Source: Leptospira sp. (GTDB lineage: Bacteria; Spirochaetota; Leptospiria; Leptospirales; Leptospiraceae). From it: a DNA stretch of 64,000 nucleotides. The position numbers and the translations under genes are program-made. The notes under the pieces were generated by a model. That model had not been told where the DNA came from. It made no database searches and was given only the letters and a program-made list of their open reading frames with translations. Location: positions 192,001-256,000 of the forward strand of contig JAWXAQ010000002.1 in the NCBI GenBank assembly GCA_034439575.1, in the 5' to 3' direction. Shown here piece after piece: positions 9,866 to 20,152 of this stretch (position 1 is the first letter of the stretch; every line of letters begins with the position of its first letter).

Positions 9866-11830
9866 ATTTGGAAGTTTGATTTCTATTGATTTTAATTTAC
9901 TCCACAATTTCTTTAAGGTAAGCTTCCAATCTTCTTTTTCATGCTTCGGCTTTGTATTGTCTGGGATTTGTGGAAGCACTTTTTGTTCTACTGGTGCGAT
10001 CGCCTTAAGACCCAAGTCGATTTTTAAATATTTCTTTTTTATAATTTTAAAATCAATTTTACCATCGAGTAGCCGAACAATTTCTTGAATGATCGCCCAC
10101 TTTACTTTGTTTGGTGTCAATGATTGGTAATTTTCAATCATTTCGTTATAGAGACGATTTGTGACTCTAGGATTTGAATGAAATAATAAAAATCTAAAGT
10201 GAACGTTTCCTTTTAAATCTTGAGTGATGATTAAATCGTTATGCGAGAATTCTAAAAATGGAGGAAAGTCAACTAGCCGAACAACGATAGAATTCACCAA
10301 ATCTAAACTATTATAAATTTCAGTTTCAGGATGAACCTTAATTGAATAAGTAATCTTTTCATCTGGGATGACATCATTTATAAAACTAACAAAATTTACT
10401 TGGTCTTTGAAAGGAACTTCTTTCATTACTTCAAGGCGAGAGAGTTCAATAATATCATCCATAACAGAATCAATAGAATCATGAATTTGAACTACTTCTT
10501 TGATGATAACCCTTTCTTTTGTTTTCTCTTTTATTTCACGATAAGCTTTTAACTTCTCTTTCATCTGAGTCAGAGGCTGACTTATCATAGCATCCATGTA
10601 GAAAAATATTTTTTCTCTTAAGGAATCTGCCTCTTTTAGTCTATCAAAACGCATCTGTAATTTGCGTTTCATGATCAAAAATTGAAATCTTAAAGCAAGT
10701 GTCATTAGCAAAAGATATACGAGAAAACTGGTTTCGAGAGAAGAAACTGCATTTAAGTAACCTCTTTCAATCGATACCTCTTTAATAATCGCATAGAATA
10801 AATATAACAAGGCGATAAGGTGTATCCAAGCACCGCGCCTTTTTTCTTTGAGTTTGTTAAATGTGAGGTAAATCGCATAACCAACGATAAAGAATAAATG
10901 TATATCCCAATAACCGATAAAATTGTACCAAAAAACTGGTTTTGGAACAATGATAAACATCAAAAGAAATACAGATTGAAATAGTAAATAGATCAGTTGT
11001 AATCTGAAAGGTTTTAGCTCAAAGAAATCCTGGATGAATTTGATGAATCCATACGGAATGATAAAAAGAAAACCGTACTCTACGAGCTTGAAAAAAGTGA
11101 AATATTCACCGATAAAAAATCGTGCTTCGTTTCGGGATAATTCAAATGCCGAAAAAATGAGTGCTAGGATTCCAAAGCTGAAATATTCTTTTTTATCAGG
11201 CATTTTAAAATAATTGATAAAGAAAAAAAGTGCAATGAATAGATAGAAACCTACGAATATAAGTTCAACTAACGATTGATAATTTTGGCCTTCTATGGCT
11301 TCTTCGTATGTAAGAACTCGGATAGGTGCCGTTATGATTCCCGCTGATGTGCTAAGGTCGGAATCAATCTTGACCACCAAAACATTTTCACCTTCAAGAA
11401 GTAAATTATGAGGAATAGGATATATGCGCGGTCGGCCAAAGGAGTAATCTTGTGGATTTTCTCCGAAGGGGGAATTTCCTTTTCCAACTAACACACCATT
11501 GATAAAAACTTCATCCGTTTGATAAATTCTACCGAGCTGTATTGCTAAAGTTTTGTCGTGTTGATCTTTTGTTATATCAAAGGATTTTCGAATCCAAATT
11601 GGGCCACGATAATTTTTGTTCAAATTTCTAAAGTTGCCAGGAACAGATGTTAATTCTAGACTATTGATATTAAATTCTGGGCTAAGAATATCTGCACCTT
11701 GATCAAATAATATACCCCAATCATCGCCTTCCAATGATATGGCGACAGCTTTCTCATCTATATGTCGCGTACATTGAATCGAACTAAAAATTGAAATAAA
11801 AATAAGAGAAACGTGAAGTAATGATTTCAT
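9848..11830 (-). CDS. 7TM-DISM-type sensor with sugar-binding-like ectodomain and degenerate kinase-like C-terminus
   Basis: Lipoprotein-like signal (SIQC); WIRKSF..LGRIYQTDEVFING ectodomain; about 7 TMs; HisKA-like helix without His (DDIIELSRLE retained); eroded HATPase boxes. Confidence 0.7.
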   Translation of the reverse strand: MKSLLHVSLIFISIFSSIQCTRHIDEKAVAISLEGDDWGILFDQGADILSPEFNINSLELTSVPGNFRNLNKNYRGPIWIRKSFDITKDQHDKTLAIQLGRIYQTDEVFINGVLVGKGNSPFGENPQDYSFGRPRIYPIPHNLLLEGENVLVVKIDSDLSTSAGIITAPIRVLTYEEAIEGQNYQSLVELIFVGFYLFIALFFFINYFKMPDKKEYFSFGILALIFSAFELSRNEARFFIGEYFTFFKLVEYGFLFIIPYGFIKFIQDFFELKPFRLQLIYLLFQSVFLLMFIIVPKPVFWYNFIGYWDIHLFFIVGYAIYLTFNKLKEKRRGAWIHLIALLYLFYAIIKEVSIERGYLNAVSSLETSFLVYLLLMTLALRFQFLIMKRKLQMRFDRLKEADSLREKIFFYMDAMISQPLTQMKEKLKAYREIKEKTKERVIIKEVVQIHDSIDSVMDDIIELSRLEVMKEVPFKDQVNFVSFINDVIPDEKITYSIKVHPETEIYNSLDLVNSIVVRLVDFPPFLEFSHNDLIITQDLKGNVHFRFLLFHSNPRVTNRLYNEMIENYQSLTPNKVKWAIIQEIVRLLDGKIDFKIIKKKYLKIDLGLKAIAPVEQKVLPQIPDNTKPKHEKEDWKLTLKKLWSKLKSIEIKLPNLKKRK

Positions 11831-13779
11831 TAGGCTTTGATCCCTCTTTCTGGGAATCGGACAGTGAATTTCGCACCCATACCTTCAGCAGATTTTAAAT
11901 TCACAGTACCACCTAAAAAATTTGCCGTTGCTTGAACGAGCGTTAAACCAATACCTGCTCCTGGAATTTCGCTTTTGGATTCTTTGTAGCCACGGACGAA
12001 CTTTTGAAATATTGTTTCCATTTCGATTTGGCTCATTCCTAGACCTTCGTCTGTTACGACGAGATGAAAGAATCCATTTTGAAAATAAAATTCGACACTG
12101 ACTTCTGTTTTTACATCAGTATAAATATACGCATTTTCCACCAGGTTTCTTACCATAACAAAGAGTAGGTCTGGAGATTGGAAAATTTCAAGAGATTCGG
12201 GTTTAACTTCAATGCTTAGGTTTTTACGTTTTTGGCCTAAGTGATTTTCAATAGATGAAATACAATCTTTGATCAATTGTTTTACCGCGAAAGTTTCCCA
12301 TTTTGGTTGATAACTTTTTTCTTCCAATTGTTTCAGAAGTAATGCTTCTTCTACCATATAACCCATATAGGAAATATGATCTTCTGCTTGTTTAACGATG
12401 TCCAATGTGCTAGTCGGTGCTTGTGCTTTTTTCCCTTTCGCCTTTGCCGCAACTTTTGGTGGATTAGAAATCCTATTCATCGCTAGTTGGATTTTTTCCA
12501 TACCTGATTTAAATTCAGCAGATAAATTCAAAAGAAATCCCGTTTTAACTCTTTCCATTTGGATCAATTCTTTTTCTTGATCCATGAAGTTACGTAAACC
12601 TAACACCATGTCATTCGAAAGTTGAATCGAAATCATAACTAAGAAAAGTAAAAACCCGAGATAAATGGTGCCAGGAAAGGAAATGATTTCCAATGCAGAT
12701 AAACTATCTAAAAGAATAGTAGGTAATAAACAAGCTAGACCTATCAAGATATACCTAAGCTTAGAAATCATCGACCTTCCGTATTTGATAAAAATAAAAA
12801 GTGCCAATCCCAAAGCGACGGGCAAAGCATAGTTAAACAATGCGATCACTAAAATCCATGATTTAGGAGTTCTGAAAAATAAAGTCACAATAAATAATAC
12901 GGCTAAATAAACTTCATATCCCATTAATACAAGGTTTCGTTTAACTTTGAGATATTGGTGAAGGAAGTTTAAAAAGAATGCAGGTAAACAAATTAGAATT
13001 AATAATTCCATAACATAGGATGTTGTGAAACTTTCAAAAAGTATATTTCTGTGTTGTGTTCGAATGAGCACATAATAGCCGATAAAGATTGAAAATAAGG
13101 CAAAGAAAAAGTTTTCACCGGTTCTTCCTCGAACAATAGAACCCACAAGAAAGTATATTCCCATAAAAATGAAAACATAACCACAGATCATTGGAAAAAC
13201 TTCACTGGTGAAAAGTTTATTTCGTAGATCTTTTTCTTTTGCGATCACTGGTGCTTCTTTGAGTCCATTGAGATTTGTGGCAGCATAAATTCTTATGGCA
13301 AGTGTATTGATGCCTGGCTTTAAAATATGAGATGGCAATGAATAGATCCTGACTTTTTGAAAATCAACTTCTAACTTCGGTATGACGGATCCAGTCTGAT
13401 CAATGAGAATGCCATTTAGATAAAATTCATCTATATCACGGATTCGTCCTAATTTAATCGCAATCGGTTCGACAGGGACAGAAAAGTTTTCAGGCAAAAC
13501 GAAAGAACAGCGATACCAATGATAGCCTGTTAAGTTTTCTGTTTTTGAAATTCCATAATCAGGAACCGTTCTTTTAACCCAAAAAGTTTCCTCAACACTC
13601 TCGTCACGCCAATCTAAATTGTCACCTTTTCTAAATTGCCAATCGTCAACTAACTTGATCGATTTTTCCCAAGAAGGGATAAAAACTCCACAGGATTCGC
13701 TACGAATTTCTGTGGAGAATCCAATTGAAAATAAAATTAAGGCAAACGAGAGTTTGCCGAAGCCGGAAAAACGGATCAT
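11830..13779 (-). CDS. 7TM-DISM-type sensor histidine-kinase-like protein (H-box His replaced)
   Basis: WYRCSF..LGRIRDIDEFYLNG ectodomain; about 7 TMs; N box NLVENA, G1 DEGLG, F box IFQKF, G2 GAGIGL; H-box reads NLSAEFKSGM. Confidence 0.8.
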   Translation of the reverse strand: MIRFSGFGKLSFALILFSIGFSTEIRSESCGVFIPSWEKSIKLVDDWQFRKGDNLDWRDESVEETFWVKRTVPDYGISKTENLTGYHWYRCSFVLPENFSVPVEPIAIKLGRIRDIDEFYLNGILIDQTGSVIPKLEVDFQKVRIYSLPSHILKPGINTLAIRIYAATNLNGLKEAPVIAKEKDLRNKLFTSEVFPMICGYVFIFMGIYFLVGSIVRGRTGENFFFALFSIFIGYYVLIRTQHRNILFESFTTSYVMELLILICLPAFFLNFLHQYLKVKRNLVLMGYEVYLAVLFIVTLFFRTPKSWILVIALFNYALPVALGLALFIFIKYGRSMISKLRYILIGLACLLPTILLDSLSALEIISFPGTIYLGFLLFLVMISIQLSNDMVLGLRNFMDQEKELIQMERVKTGFLLNLSAEFKSGMEKIQLAMNRISNPPKVAAKAKGKKAQAPTSTLDIVKQAEDHISYMGYMVEEALLLKQLEEKSYQPKWETFAVKQLIKDCISSIENHLGQKRKNLSIEVKPESLEIFQSPDLLFVMVRNLVENAYIYTDVKTEVSVEFYFQNGFFHLVVTDEGLGMSQIEMETIFQKFVRGYKESKSEIPGAGIGLTLVQATANFLGGTVNLKSAEGMGAKFTVRFPERGIKA

Positions 13780-14699
13780 ATCGGTTCGACGTTTCTGATG
13801 GCTTCTTCGATTTCTTTGAGCTGAGTTGAGATCCTAGCATCAATCGCACCAACGTCTGTTTCAATAATAACACCACCACGATCCACTCGTGAATCTTCAT
13901 AGATGTTAACTTTACGTAGTGATTCCATAAGTTTGATAAGCTCATCTTTATGAGCTGTCGTGAGTTCAAGATCTGCGAAGTTAACTCGAATGTCAATTCG
14001 ATCTCTATCTTTAATGCGCTTCATAGCTTCGCGAATATTATTAAGTACGATTTCCTTACGTTCAATGATTTCGTCTTTGATTACTTTTCGTGCAATGACA
14101 AGAATCATTTCTACCATTTGTTTTTCAGAAGCGGCTATCATTTCTTCACGGATGTCGATCGCCTTACCGATGATAGTTCCTAGTCGGTCAATGAGTCGTT
14201 TAACTTCGCCTTGGCCTTTTTTAAAACCTACTTCTCGACCAGCATCATATCCTTTTTGGTAGGCTTCGTGTTCAATCTCAGCCTGTTTCATTTCGGCTTC
14301 TTTGATCATACGTTCGACTTCCATTTTCGCACGATCAAGGATTTGTTCTGCTTTGGCCCTGCCAGAATCTTCTTCGAGTTTTATTTTCTCTTTAGAATCT
14401 TGGATCATTTGGAAGGCTTTGGTTCTGCCTTCTTCTTCGATCGCCTTTGATTGTTTTTTGGCGTCTTCTAAAAGTTGTCTGACTTGTTCTTCAGTTTCTT
14501 GTCTGTACCTTGCGAGCTCTGCTTCAATCTCTTCGATGGAAGGACCTTGGTACTGTTCAATGATGTTTCCTTCTTGGTCAATTTCGAAGTCATCTTGTTC
14601 ATCTGATTTATGAAATTTTTTGTACTTATCAGGAAGTTGAATTTCAACTTCTTCTTGTAAGTCGGCAATTTGAATGGGTTTAAATACTAGCTTTGCCAT
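13776..14699 (-). CDS. fliH: Flagellar assembly protein FliH
   Basis: AYQKGYDAGREVGFKKG GxxxG repeats, IRVNFADL, RVDRGGVIIETDVGAIDARISTQL. Confidence 0.93.
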   Translation of the reverse strand: MAKLVFKPIQIADLQEEVEIQLPDKYKKFHKSDEQDDFEIDQEGNIIEQYQGPSIEEIEAELARYRQETEEQVRQLLEDAKKQSKAIEEEGRTKAFQMIQDSKEKIKLEEDSGRAKAEQILDRAKMEVERMIKEAEMKQAEIEHEAYQKGYDAGREVGFKKGQGEVKRLIDRLGTIIGKAIDIREEMIAASEKQMVEMILVIARKVIKDEIIERKEIVLNNIREAMKRIKDRDRIDIRVNFADLELTTAHKDELIKLMESLRKVNIYEDSRVDRGGVIIETDVGAIDARISTQLKEIEEAIRNVEPI

Positions 14700-14703
14700 A
14701 ACC

Positions 14704-15756
14704 TTACTTCATTCTCCAAAGTTTCACTTTACCTTCTTCGATCTCCTCCCGCAATCGATCCAAGATGCCTTTTTGAGCTTCTTCGATCTCGAGAAGTGAA
14801 ACGGGTCCTAAAGAATCCCATTCCAATCGAATGTCCTTTACAAGCCATGCTTCTAAATGTTCAAAAATAGAATCCTTAAAGGAAGTTTCAACCCCCTTTA
14901 AAGCACAAGCAATGACAAGTGGATGGATCTCTGAAAAAAACCGAGTCAAACTAGTTCGGCCTAAGTGCAAAAGATCTTCCAAACGAAAGTAGTGTTCTAT
15001 AATAGTTTCGGCAAACTCTGGGCTTTTTTTCTGAATTCGTTCAATTAAATTTTGAGAATGTTGAGCTGGAAGGCGAGTGAGTAATTCACCAGCCGTTTTG
15101 GCCTTTCGGCTCCGAACTTTTCCCATTGGGGTTTTATTTTTAATGAGTTCGGATTTGAAACGTAAAAATCGTTCCAATTCGTCTCGCTCTTGTTCTGAGT
15201 GAAAATCAATATGGGAAAGTGAAAAAATGATCTCTTCCCGGAAGGAATCAGGGTAGGAGGCTATGACTTCAGAGGCAGCCTCTGGATGGGAAAACGCCAA
15301 AAGTCGCGCAATGACAAGGGGGGATTCATCGTTGGCCAAGGCCATAAGTTCCGATTTGGAATTTTCTTGCAATTGATCCAAATAGGATGTGGGGCTCGTA
15401 TTTTCTTCCGCCAACATTTCTTCCAGAATCTGCAAAAGTTCTGAATCATTTGGAAGTTGATTCGTTTTTTCTTTAGTTTTCCCTTTAAAGAGGGAAAATT
15501 CTGAAATTTCCTTTTCGGCCAAATGGGACGAAGTTTGTTTTTTAAGGGGAAGCGATTGTTTCTTTAGAAAATCGGTAAAAGATAGAAGGATGCTTTTTTC
15601 TTCCTTCGGAGAAGGTTTGGATTGATTTGTTCCGACTTTTTCGAGTAATTTTTCAATTTCCGAAGGATTGAGATGAGAAAAAACCTCATCAGGAAGGTAA
15701 CGACCCAAAATTTGGTAAGCCAAGGCCGCACGATTTTTTCCCAAATTTTTTGACAT
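14704..15756 (-). CDS. fliG: Divergent FliG paralog
   Basis: FliG-N-like RAALAYQILG..EVFSHL; middle ESPLVIA (EHPQ variant); C-terminal ALKG and LGPVSLLEIEEAQKGIL; directly upstream of fliH. Confidence 0.8.
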   Translation of the reverse strand: MSKNLGKNRAALAYQILGRYLPDEVFSHLNPSEIEKLLEKVGTNQSKPSPKEEKSILLSFTDFLKKQSLPLKKQTSSHLAEKEISEFSLFKGKTKEKTNQLPNDSELLQILEEMLAEENTSPTSYLDQLQENSKSELMALANDESPLVIARLLAFSHPEAASEVIASYPDSFREEIIFSLSHIDFHSEQERDELERFLRFKSELIKNKTPMGKVRSRKAKTAGELLTRLPAQHSQNLIERIQKKSPEFAETIIEHYFRLEDLLHLGRTSLTRFFSEIHPLVIACALKGVETSFKDSIFEHLEAWLVKDIRLEWDSLGPVSLLEIEEAQKGILDRLREEIEEGKVKLWRMK

Positions 15757-15948
15757 TTAGAAGACATAATATCTAAATTCCTATCCACGTACAAATCAAT
15801 TTTTTATTTCGGACTTTTAGTATAGTGGATAGTTTTTACTACATTTTCAGATCCATTTCAATGGTTGTTCGATTATAAAATGGATAAATTCTTAAATCTC
15901 TTTTCCTTTCGGGACAATTATAAATCTAGGTAAATAGTTCAAGGGAAT

Positions 15949-17484
15949 ATGGAAAAAAATTTATTAATTAGAAGAAAGGTAAATTTGGAAATCTTTTCTC
16001 GCAGTAAACATGTGGATTTGATTTTTCTCTATATTTTCTTAGCGCATATACCCTTTGCGATCGGCTTTGCTTATCCTTATGGGATGGTGATACCAACTTT
16101 GGCGTCATCCATTTTTATTTCTATTATATCGTTCCTTGGATTTTTAATGTTTCGCGGAACAAAAAAACTAAGGATATTGAACTCATGTTTGGTGATGCTC
16201 TGGTCAGTCATATTTATCCAAGCCCAACTCGGTCGCATAGAAATGCATTTTCATGTTTTTGTAGGTCTTGCCTTTTTATTGATTTATGAAGATTGGTTGC
16301 TATTTCCTATCGCGGGAGGATTCATCGCAGTCCATCACGTAATATTTAATTTTCTCCAATCTATGAAAATTAAATTATTCGATATCCCGATTGAAGTTTT
16401 TAATTACGGTTGCGGTTGGGATATCGTAACCTTGCACGCGCTATTTGTGATTATCGAGTGCGTAGCTTTGGCTAACTTCGCGTATATTTTTCACAAACGA
16501 TTGTTACAACAAATCTTATCTCTATTTGAAGCCGAAGAAACTGCGATAAACCTAAAAAATTTAGCCAATGAAGCAAAAAATCGATCTGATAAATTTCATA
16601 CTATAAATTCAAACTTAATTAAAACATCAGACAATTGGAATATTAAAAATCAAATTCAGACAAATTCGCTTTCAACCATTGAAGGGAGTATTCATGAAAA
16701 TTCGGAACGAACAAATCTTGTTTATAATGCTGGCATCGAACAATTAGATACAACACATCATTTACAACAGATTACAAATGGTTTTATCCATAAACTTGAT
16801 CAATTTAATTCTGCAACTAACCTTGCTGTACATAACATGAATTTGGCCGTGAAAGAAGCAGATGAAAGTGAATCTGGAATAGGCAATATTGTGCTTAGTT
16901 TTACTAGCTTAAATCAATATAGCAATCAGATGGAAAAAATTCTAAAAGTAATCCGTGATATTGCTGAAAGAGTTAATTTATTGGCACTGAATGCATCCAT
17001 TGAAGCCGCGAGGGCTGGAGATGCTGGCCAAGGATTTAGTGTTGTAGCACAAGAAGTGTCAAAACTTGCAGATTCTACAAAGAATGCCTTACGCGAAATT
17101 GGAACACTTGTGAATGCAATGACAAACGAAATTCAAAAAGGGCAATTGGGATCACACGAAATTGCGAATTTAAATAAAACTTTTACAAAAAAAATCAAAG
17201 ATGCAGAAGTCTCATTACAATCAATAGGTGGCGCTCTTAAGTCGGCTAACACTGATCAGGAGCAAATGCAGTCAAATATAAATAAAGTCGCCAAACAAAG
17301 TGAGAATATAGTAAACTCTGCAAAAGGGCAAGAGATGTTAGTTCATCAAATTGAAGAAGAACTACATCCATTAAAAGACAGTGTCAAAGATTCTAGTTTG
17401 CTTGCCGAACAAATTGTGGGATTGATTTCAGAAACTGAAAAAGGTTTCAAAGAGATGGATCATTTTATCCGCGAAATCACTTAA
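15949..17484 (+). CDS. Methyl-accepting chemotaxis protein with His-rich multi-TM sensor domain
   Basis: [37 protein letters not shown] signalling hairpin; N-terminal TM domain with [29 protein letters not shown]. Confidence 0.92.
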   Translation: MEKNLLIRRKVNLEIFSRSKHVDLIFLYIFLAHIPFAIGFAYPYGMVIPTLASSIFISIISFLGFLMFRGTKKLRILNSCLVMLWSVIFIQAQLGRIEMHFHVFVGLAFLLIYEDWLLFPIAGGFIAVHHVIFNFLQSMKIKLFDIPIEVFNYGCGWDIVTLHALFVIIECVALANFAYIFHKRLLQQILSLFEAEETAINLKNLANEAKNRSDKFHTINSNLIKTSDNWNIKNQIQTNSLSTIEGSIHENSERTNLVYNAGIEQLDTTHHLQQITNGFIHKLDQFNSATNLAVHNMNLAVKEADESESGIGNIVLSFTSLNQYSNQMEKILKVIRDIAERVNLLALNASIEAARAGDAGQGFSVVAQEVSKLADSTKNALREIGTLVNAMTNEIQKGQLGSHEIANLNKTFTKKIKDAEVSLQSIGGALKSANTDQEQMQSNINKVAKQSENIVNSAKGQEMLVHQIEEELHPLKDSVKDSSLLAEQIVGLISETEKGFKEMDHFIREIT

Positions 17485-17487
17485 GTT

Positions 17488-18009
17488 TTGAAACATATTG
17501 TTTTTGTCATATTATTACTTTCAACATTCGGTGGTTTATTTCTGGGGTCTTGGCTTATCTCTCTTAAATCACCAAACAAAGTATTTGATCATCAAATTCT
17601 AATACCTTTAAGTTCTAATGATTCGATTACCATCGCAAAACAAAATGGATACGATTCTATCTTCTTTTGTGAATTTCGCAATTGTGGTACGATTTGTTCC
17701 AATACATTGCCGATTTTGGAAGCCACTGCATCAAAATACGAATCGAGTGGCTTACGAATTTATTTCATAGATCTGAGCGAATTTTCCAAGGAAGAAAGGG
17801 GGTTTTTGAAACCTGAAGCCTTTCCGCATATTCGATGGATCACAATTCCAAAAGCTCAACAAAGGGAAATTTTAAAAACCTTGGGCTTGGAGCAATGGGA
17901 TAAAAATCACCATTCGAGTCGTTTGCTTGTCCACCTGGCGGGAACAAATGAACTCACTTGGGTAGAAAGTGCCAAAAATGGATTTTATGAAGCCTTAAAA
18001 TTCAAATAA
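17488..18009 (+). CDS. SCO-like / thioredoxin-fold membrane-anchored protein
   Basis: N-terminal TM; CxxxC motif (NCGTICSNTL) and distal HHSSRLLV resembling the SCO copper-ligand His motif; TTG start. Confidence 0.55.
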   Translation: MKHIVFVILLLSTFGGLFLGSWLISLKSPNKVFDHQILIPLSSNDSITIAKQNGYDSIFFCEFRNCGTICSNTLPILEATASKYESSGLRIYFIDLSEFSKEERGFLKPEAFPHIRWITIPKAQQREILKTLGLEQWDKNHHSSRLLVHLAGTNELTWVESAKNGFYEALKFK

Positions 18010-18118
18010 GAACAATTGAATTTTATGTGTTTATTCCCCGTGAATCTAGTTATTTTTGACCAAAAAAATCCTTGTCATACTTCTCTAAATGAACGACAGT
18101 CAGTAAACGGAGCAAGTC

Positions 18119-19597
18119 ATGACACAAGCCACTCTCACCAAAACGCTTACCGAAAATCCGATTCAAAGTAACGGTCTTAAAAGTTTTTCCTCAAATGATA
18201 TATCTCGTATCTTCAATGACCAAAAAAAGAAAGCCTTAGAGCTTCGACTATCAACCGCTAAAGAAAGAATCGCAAAACTCAAAAAATTAAAAGCCGTCAT
18301 TTTTAAATACCAAACAGATATCCAAAAAGCTCTTTTTTTGGACTTTCATAAATCTGCTAGTGAAGTAGATATCTCTGAAATTTTGCCTAGCATTTCAGAA
18401 ATAAATGATGGGATTCGTCATTTAAAATCTTGGATGCGTCCCGTCAGTGTGAGTACGCCTATTACTTTGTTTGGTGCTTCAAGTAAGATAGTTTACGAAC
18501 CAAAAGGTGTTTGTTTAATTATTGCTCCTTGGAATTATCCATTTTATCTTGCTATCGCTCCACTTGCGGCGGCTATAGGTGCTGGAAACACTATCGTATT
18601 AAAACCATCAGAGTTCACACCAAACACAGCACATATTGTAAATACAATCGTCAAAGAGGTGTTTAACGACAATGAAGTAGCCGTTTTTGAGGGAGATGTC
18701 CAAGTTTCCACTGCTCTTCTTGATATGCCATTTGATCATATCTTTTTTACAGGATCAACACCGGTTGGAAAAGTAGTGATGGCTGCGGCATCTAAACACT
18801 TAACTACTGTTACCCTGGAATTAGGCGGAAAGTCTCCATCAATCGTGACAGAAGATGCTGATATAAAACTTGCCGCTCAAAGAATTATGTGGGGAAAATT
18901 TTTAAACGCAGGTCAGACTTGTGTTGCCCCTGACTATATCTTGATTCCAAAATCCAAAGTAAATAGTTTTGTAGAACATGCAAAAGCAGCTACGGAAAAG
19001 TATTTTAATACAACTGAGGAAAATTTTCAATCGAATACTGACTTTTGTCGCATCATTAATTCCAAAAACTTTGCTCGGGTCTCAGGTTATATTGAAGAGG
19101 CTGTAAATCAAGGAGCAAAAATCGCTTATGGTGGAAAGGTAAATGGAAATGAAAATTTCATAGCACCAACACTTCTCGTTGATGTACCGTTAAATGCTAG
19201 GATTATGGATGATGAAATTTTTGGACCACTTTTACCTATCATCACCTATGATAAATTAGATGATGCCATCGGTATTATAAACTCAAAACCAAAACCACTA
19301 GCATTATATATATTTAGTAATAAAAATAAAATTGCGAAATATATTTTGGATAGGACCTCTGCCGGTGGATCCGTGATCAATGATGTGATATTGCATTTAG
19401 TAAATTCAAATCTGCCATTCGGTGGCATTAATCATTCTGGTCATGGAAGTTATCATGGACACTTTGGTTTTAAAGCATTCTCACATGAAAGATCGGTATT
19501 ACAGTCACCGAAACTTTCAATGCCTACTTTAATGTACCCACCTTATACAAATTTTGTAAGATTTATTGTGAATACGACTACGAAGTGGTTTGTATAA
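18119..19597 (+). CDS. Aldehyde dehydrogenase (ALDH3/coniferyl-type)
   Basis: [35 protein letters not shown]. Confidence 0.95.
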   Translation: MTQATLTKTLTENPIQSNGLKSFSSNDISRIFNDQKKKALELRLSTAKERIAKLKKLKAVIFKYQTDIQKALFLDFHKSASEVDISEILPSISEINDGIRHLKSWMRPVSVSTPITLFGASSKIVYEPKGVCLIIAPWNYPFYLAIAPLAAAIGAGNTIVLKPSEFTPNTAHIVNTIVKEVFNDNEVAVFEGDVQVSTALLDMPFDHIFFTGSTPVGKVVMAAASKHLTTVTLELGGKSPSIVTEDADIKLAAQRIMWGKFLNAGQTCVAPDYILIPKSKVNSFVEHAKAATEKYFNTTEENFQSNTDFCRIINSKNFARVSGYIEEAVNQGAKIAYGGKVNGNENFIAPTLLVDVPLNARIMDDEIFGPLLPIITYDKLDDAIGIINSKPKPLALYIFSNKNKIAKYILDRTSAGGSVINDVILHLVNSNLPFGGINHSGHGSYHGHFGFKAFSHERSVLQSPKLSMPTLMYPPYTNFVRFIVNTTTKWFV

Positions 19598-19650
19598 TCT
19601 AAGAAACTATTCATTAAATTTATTCGAGTTTGTCTTTTCTAATATTAGTA

Positions 19651-19676
19651 AATCACCTAGGCAATACTAGGTGATT
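19651..19676. terminator. Hairpin downstream of aldehyde dehydrogenase
   Basis: AATCACCTAG-gcaata-CTAGGTGATT perfect 10-bp stem; no strong U tract. Confidence 0.4.
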
Positions 19677-20152
19677 GTGCTACATCTCTCTAAGCGTGAG
19701 ATGGAATCCTTACTCGGGCTGGTCTTACTATTATTTTTATTTTATTCCAAATTTGGGAATTCATAATATGATAATAATTTATTAAAAATTTTCTTTTCAA
19801 TCTCATATCAAATTGCTTCGATAAATTTATGTTCGCTGGTAAACCATAGGTCGATTTAAAAAAACTTCCAGACAAATTGTATATCTTGTGTTAAGTCTTT
19901 ATACTTGATGCCAATGGAACTAAAGAAACAAAACTGAATTTTATTTTATGACTAGACTTTCAAAAGTTCAAAATAGAAGACGAAATTATTGGGTGCGGAT
20001 GTCTAAAAGTGACAAATCCATTACTAAGTGATAAAGTACATAAAATTCGGACTTATACGAAGAAAAATAATTGATTCCTTAAAATAAATTTTGGTATCAA
20101 TCTAATGGTTTCGTCAAATGTTGAATGCACCTCATGCTGGAAATAGACCGCA

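Noticed and set aside
13700-14668. Several short alternative-frame and antisense ORFs within fliH
   Set aside because: Fully overlap a confident gene and have no recognisable features
19690-19875. 61-aa minus-strand ORF in the intergenic gap
   Set aside because: TTG start, no RBS, no motif; not called as a CDS
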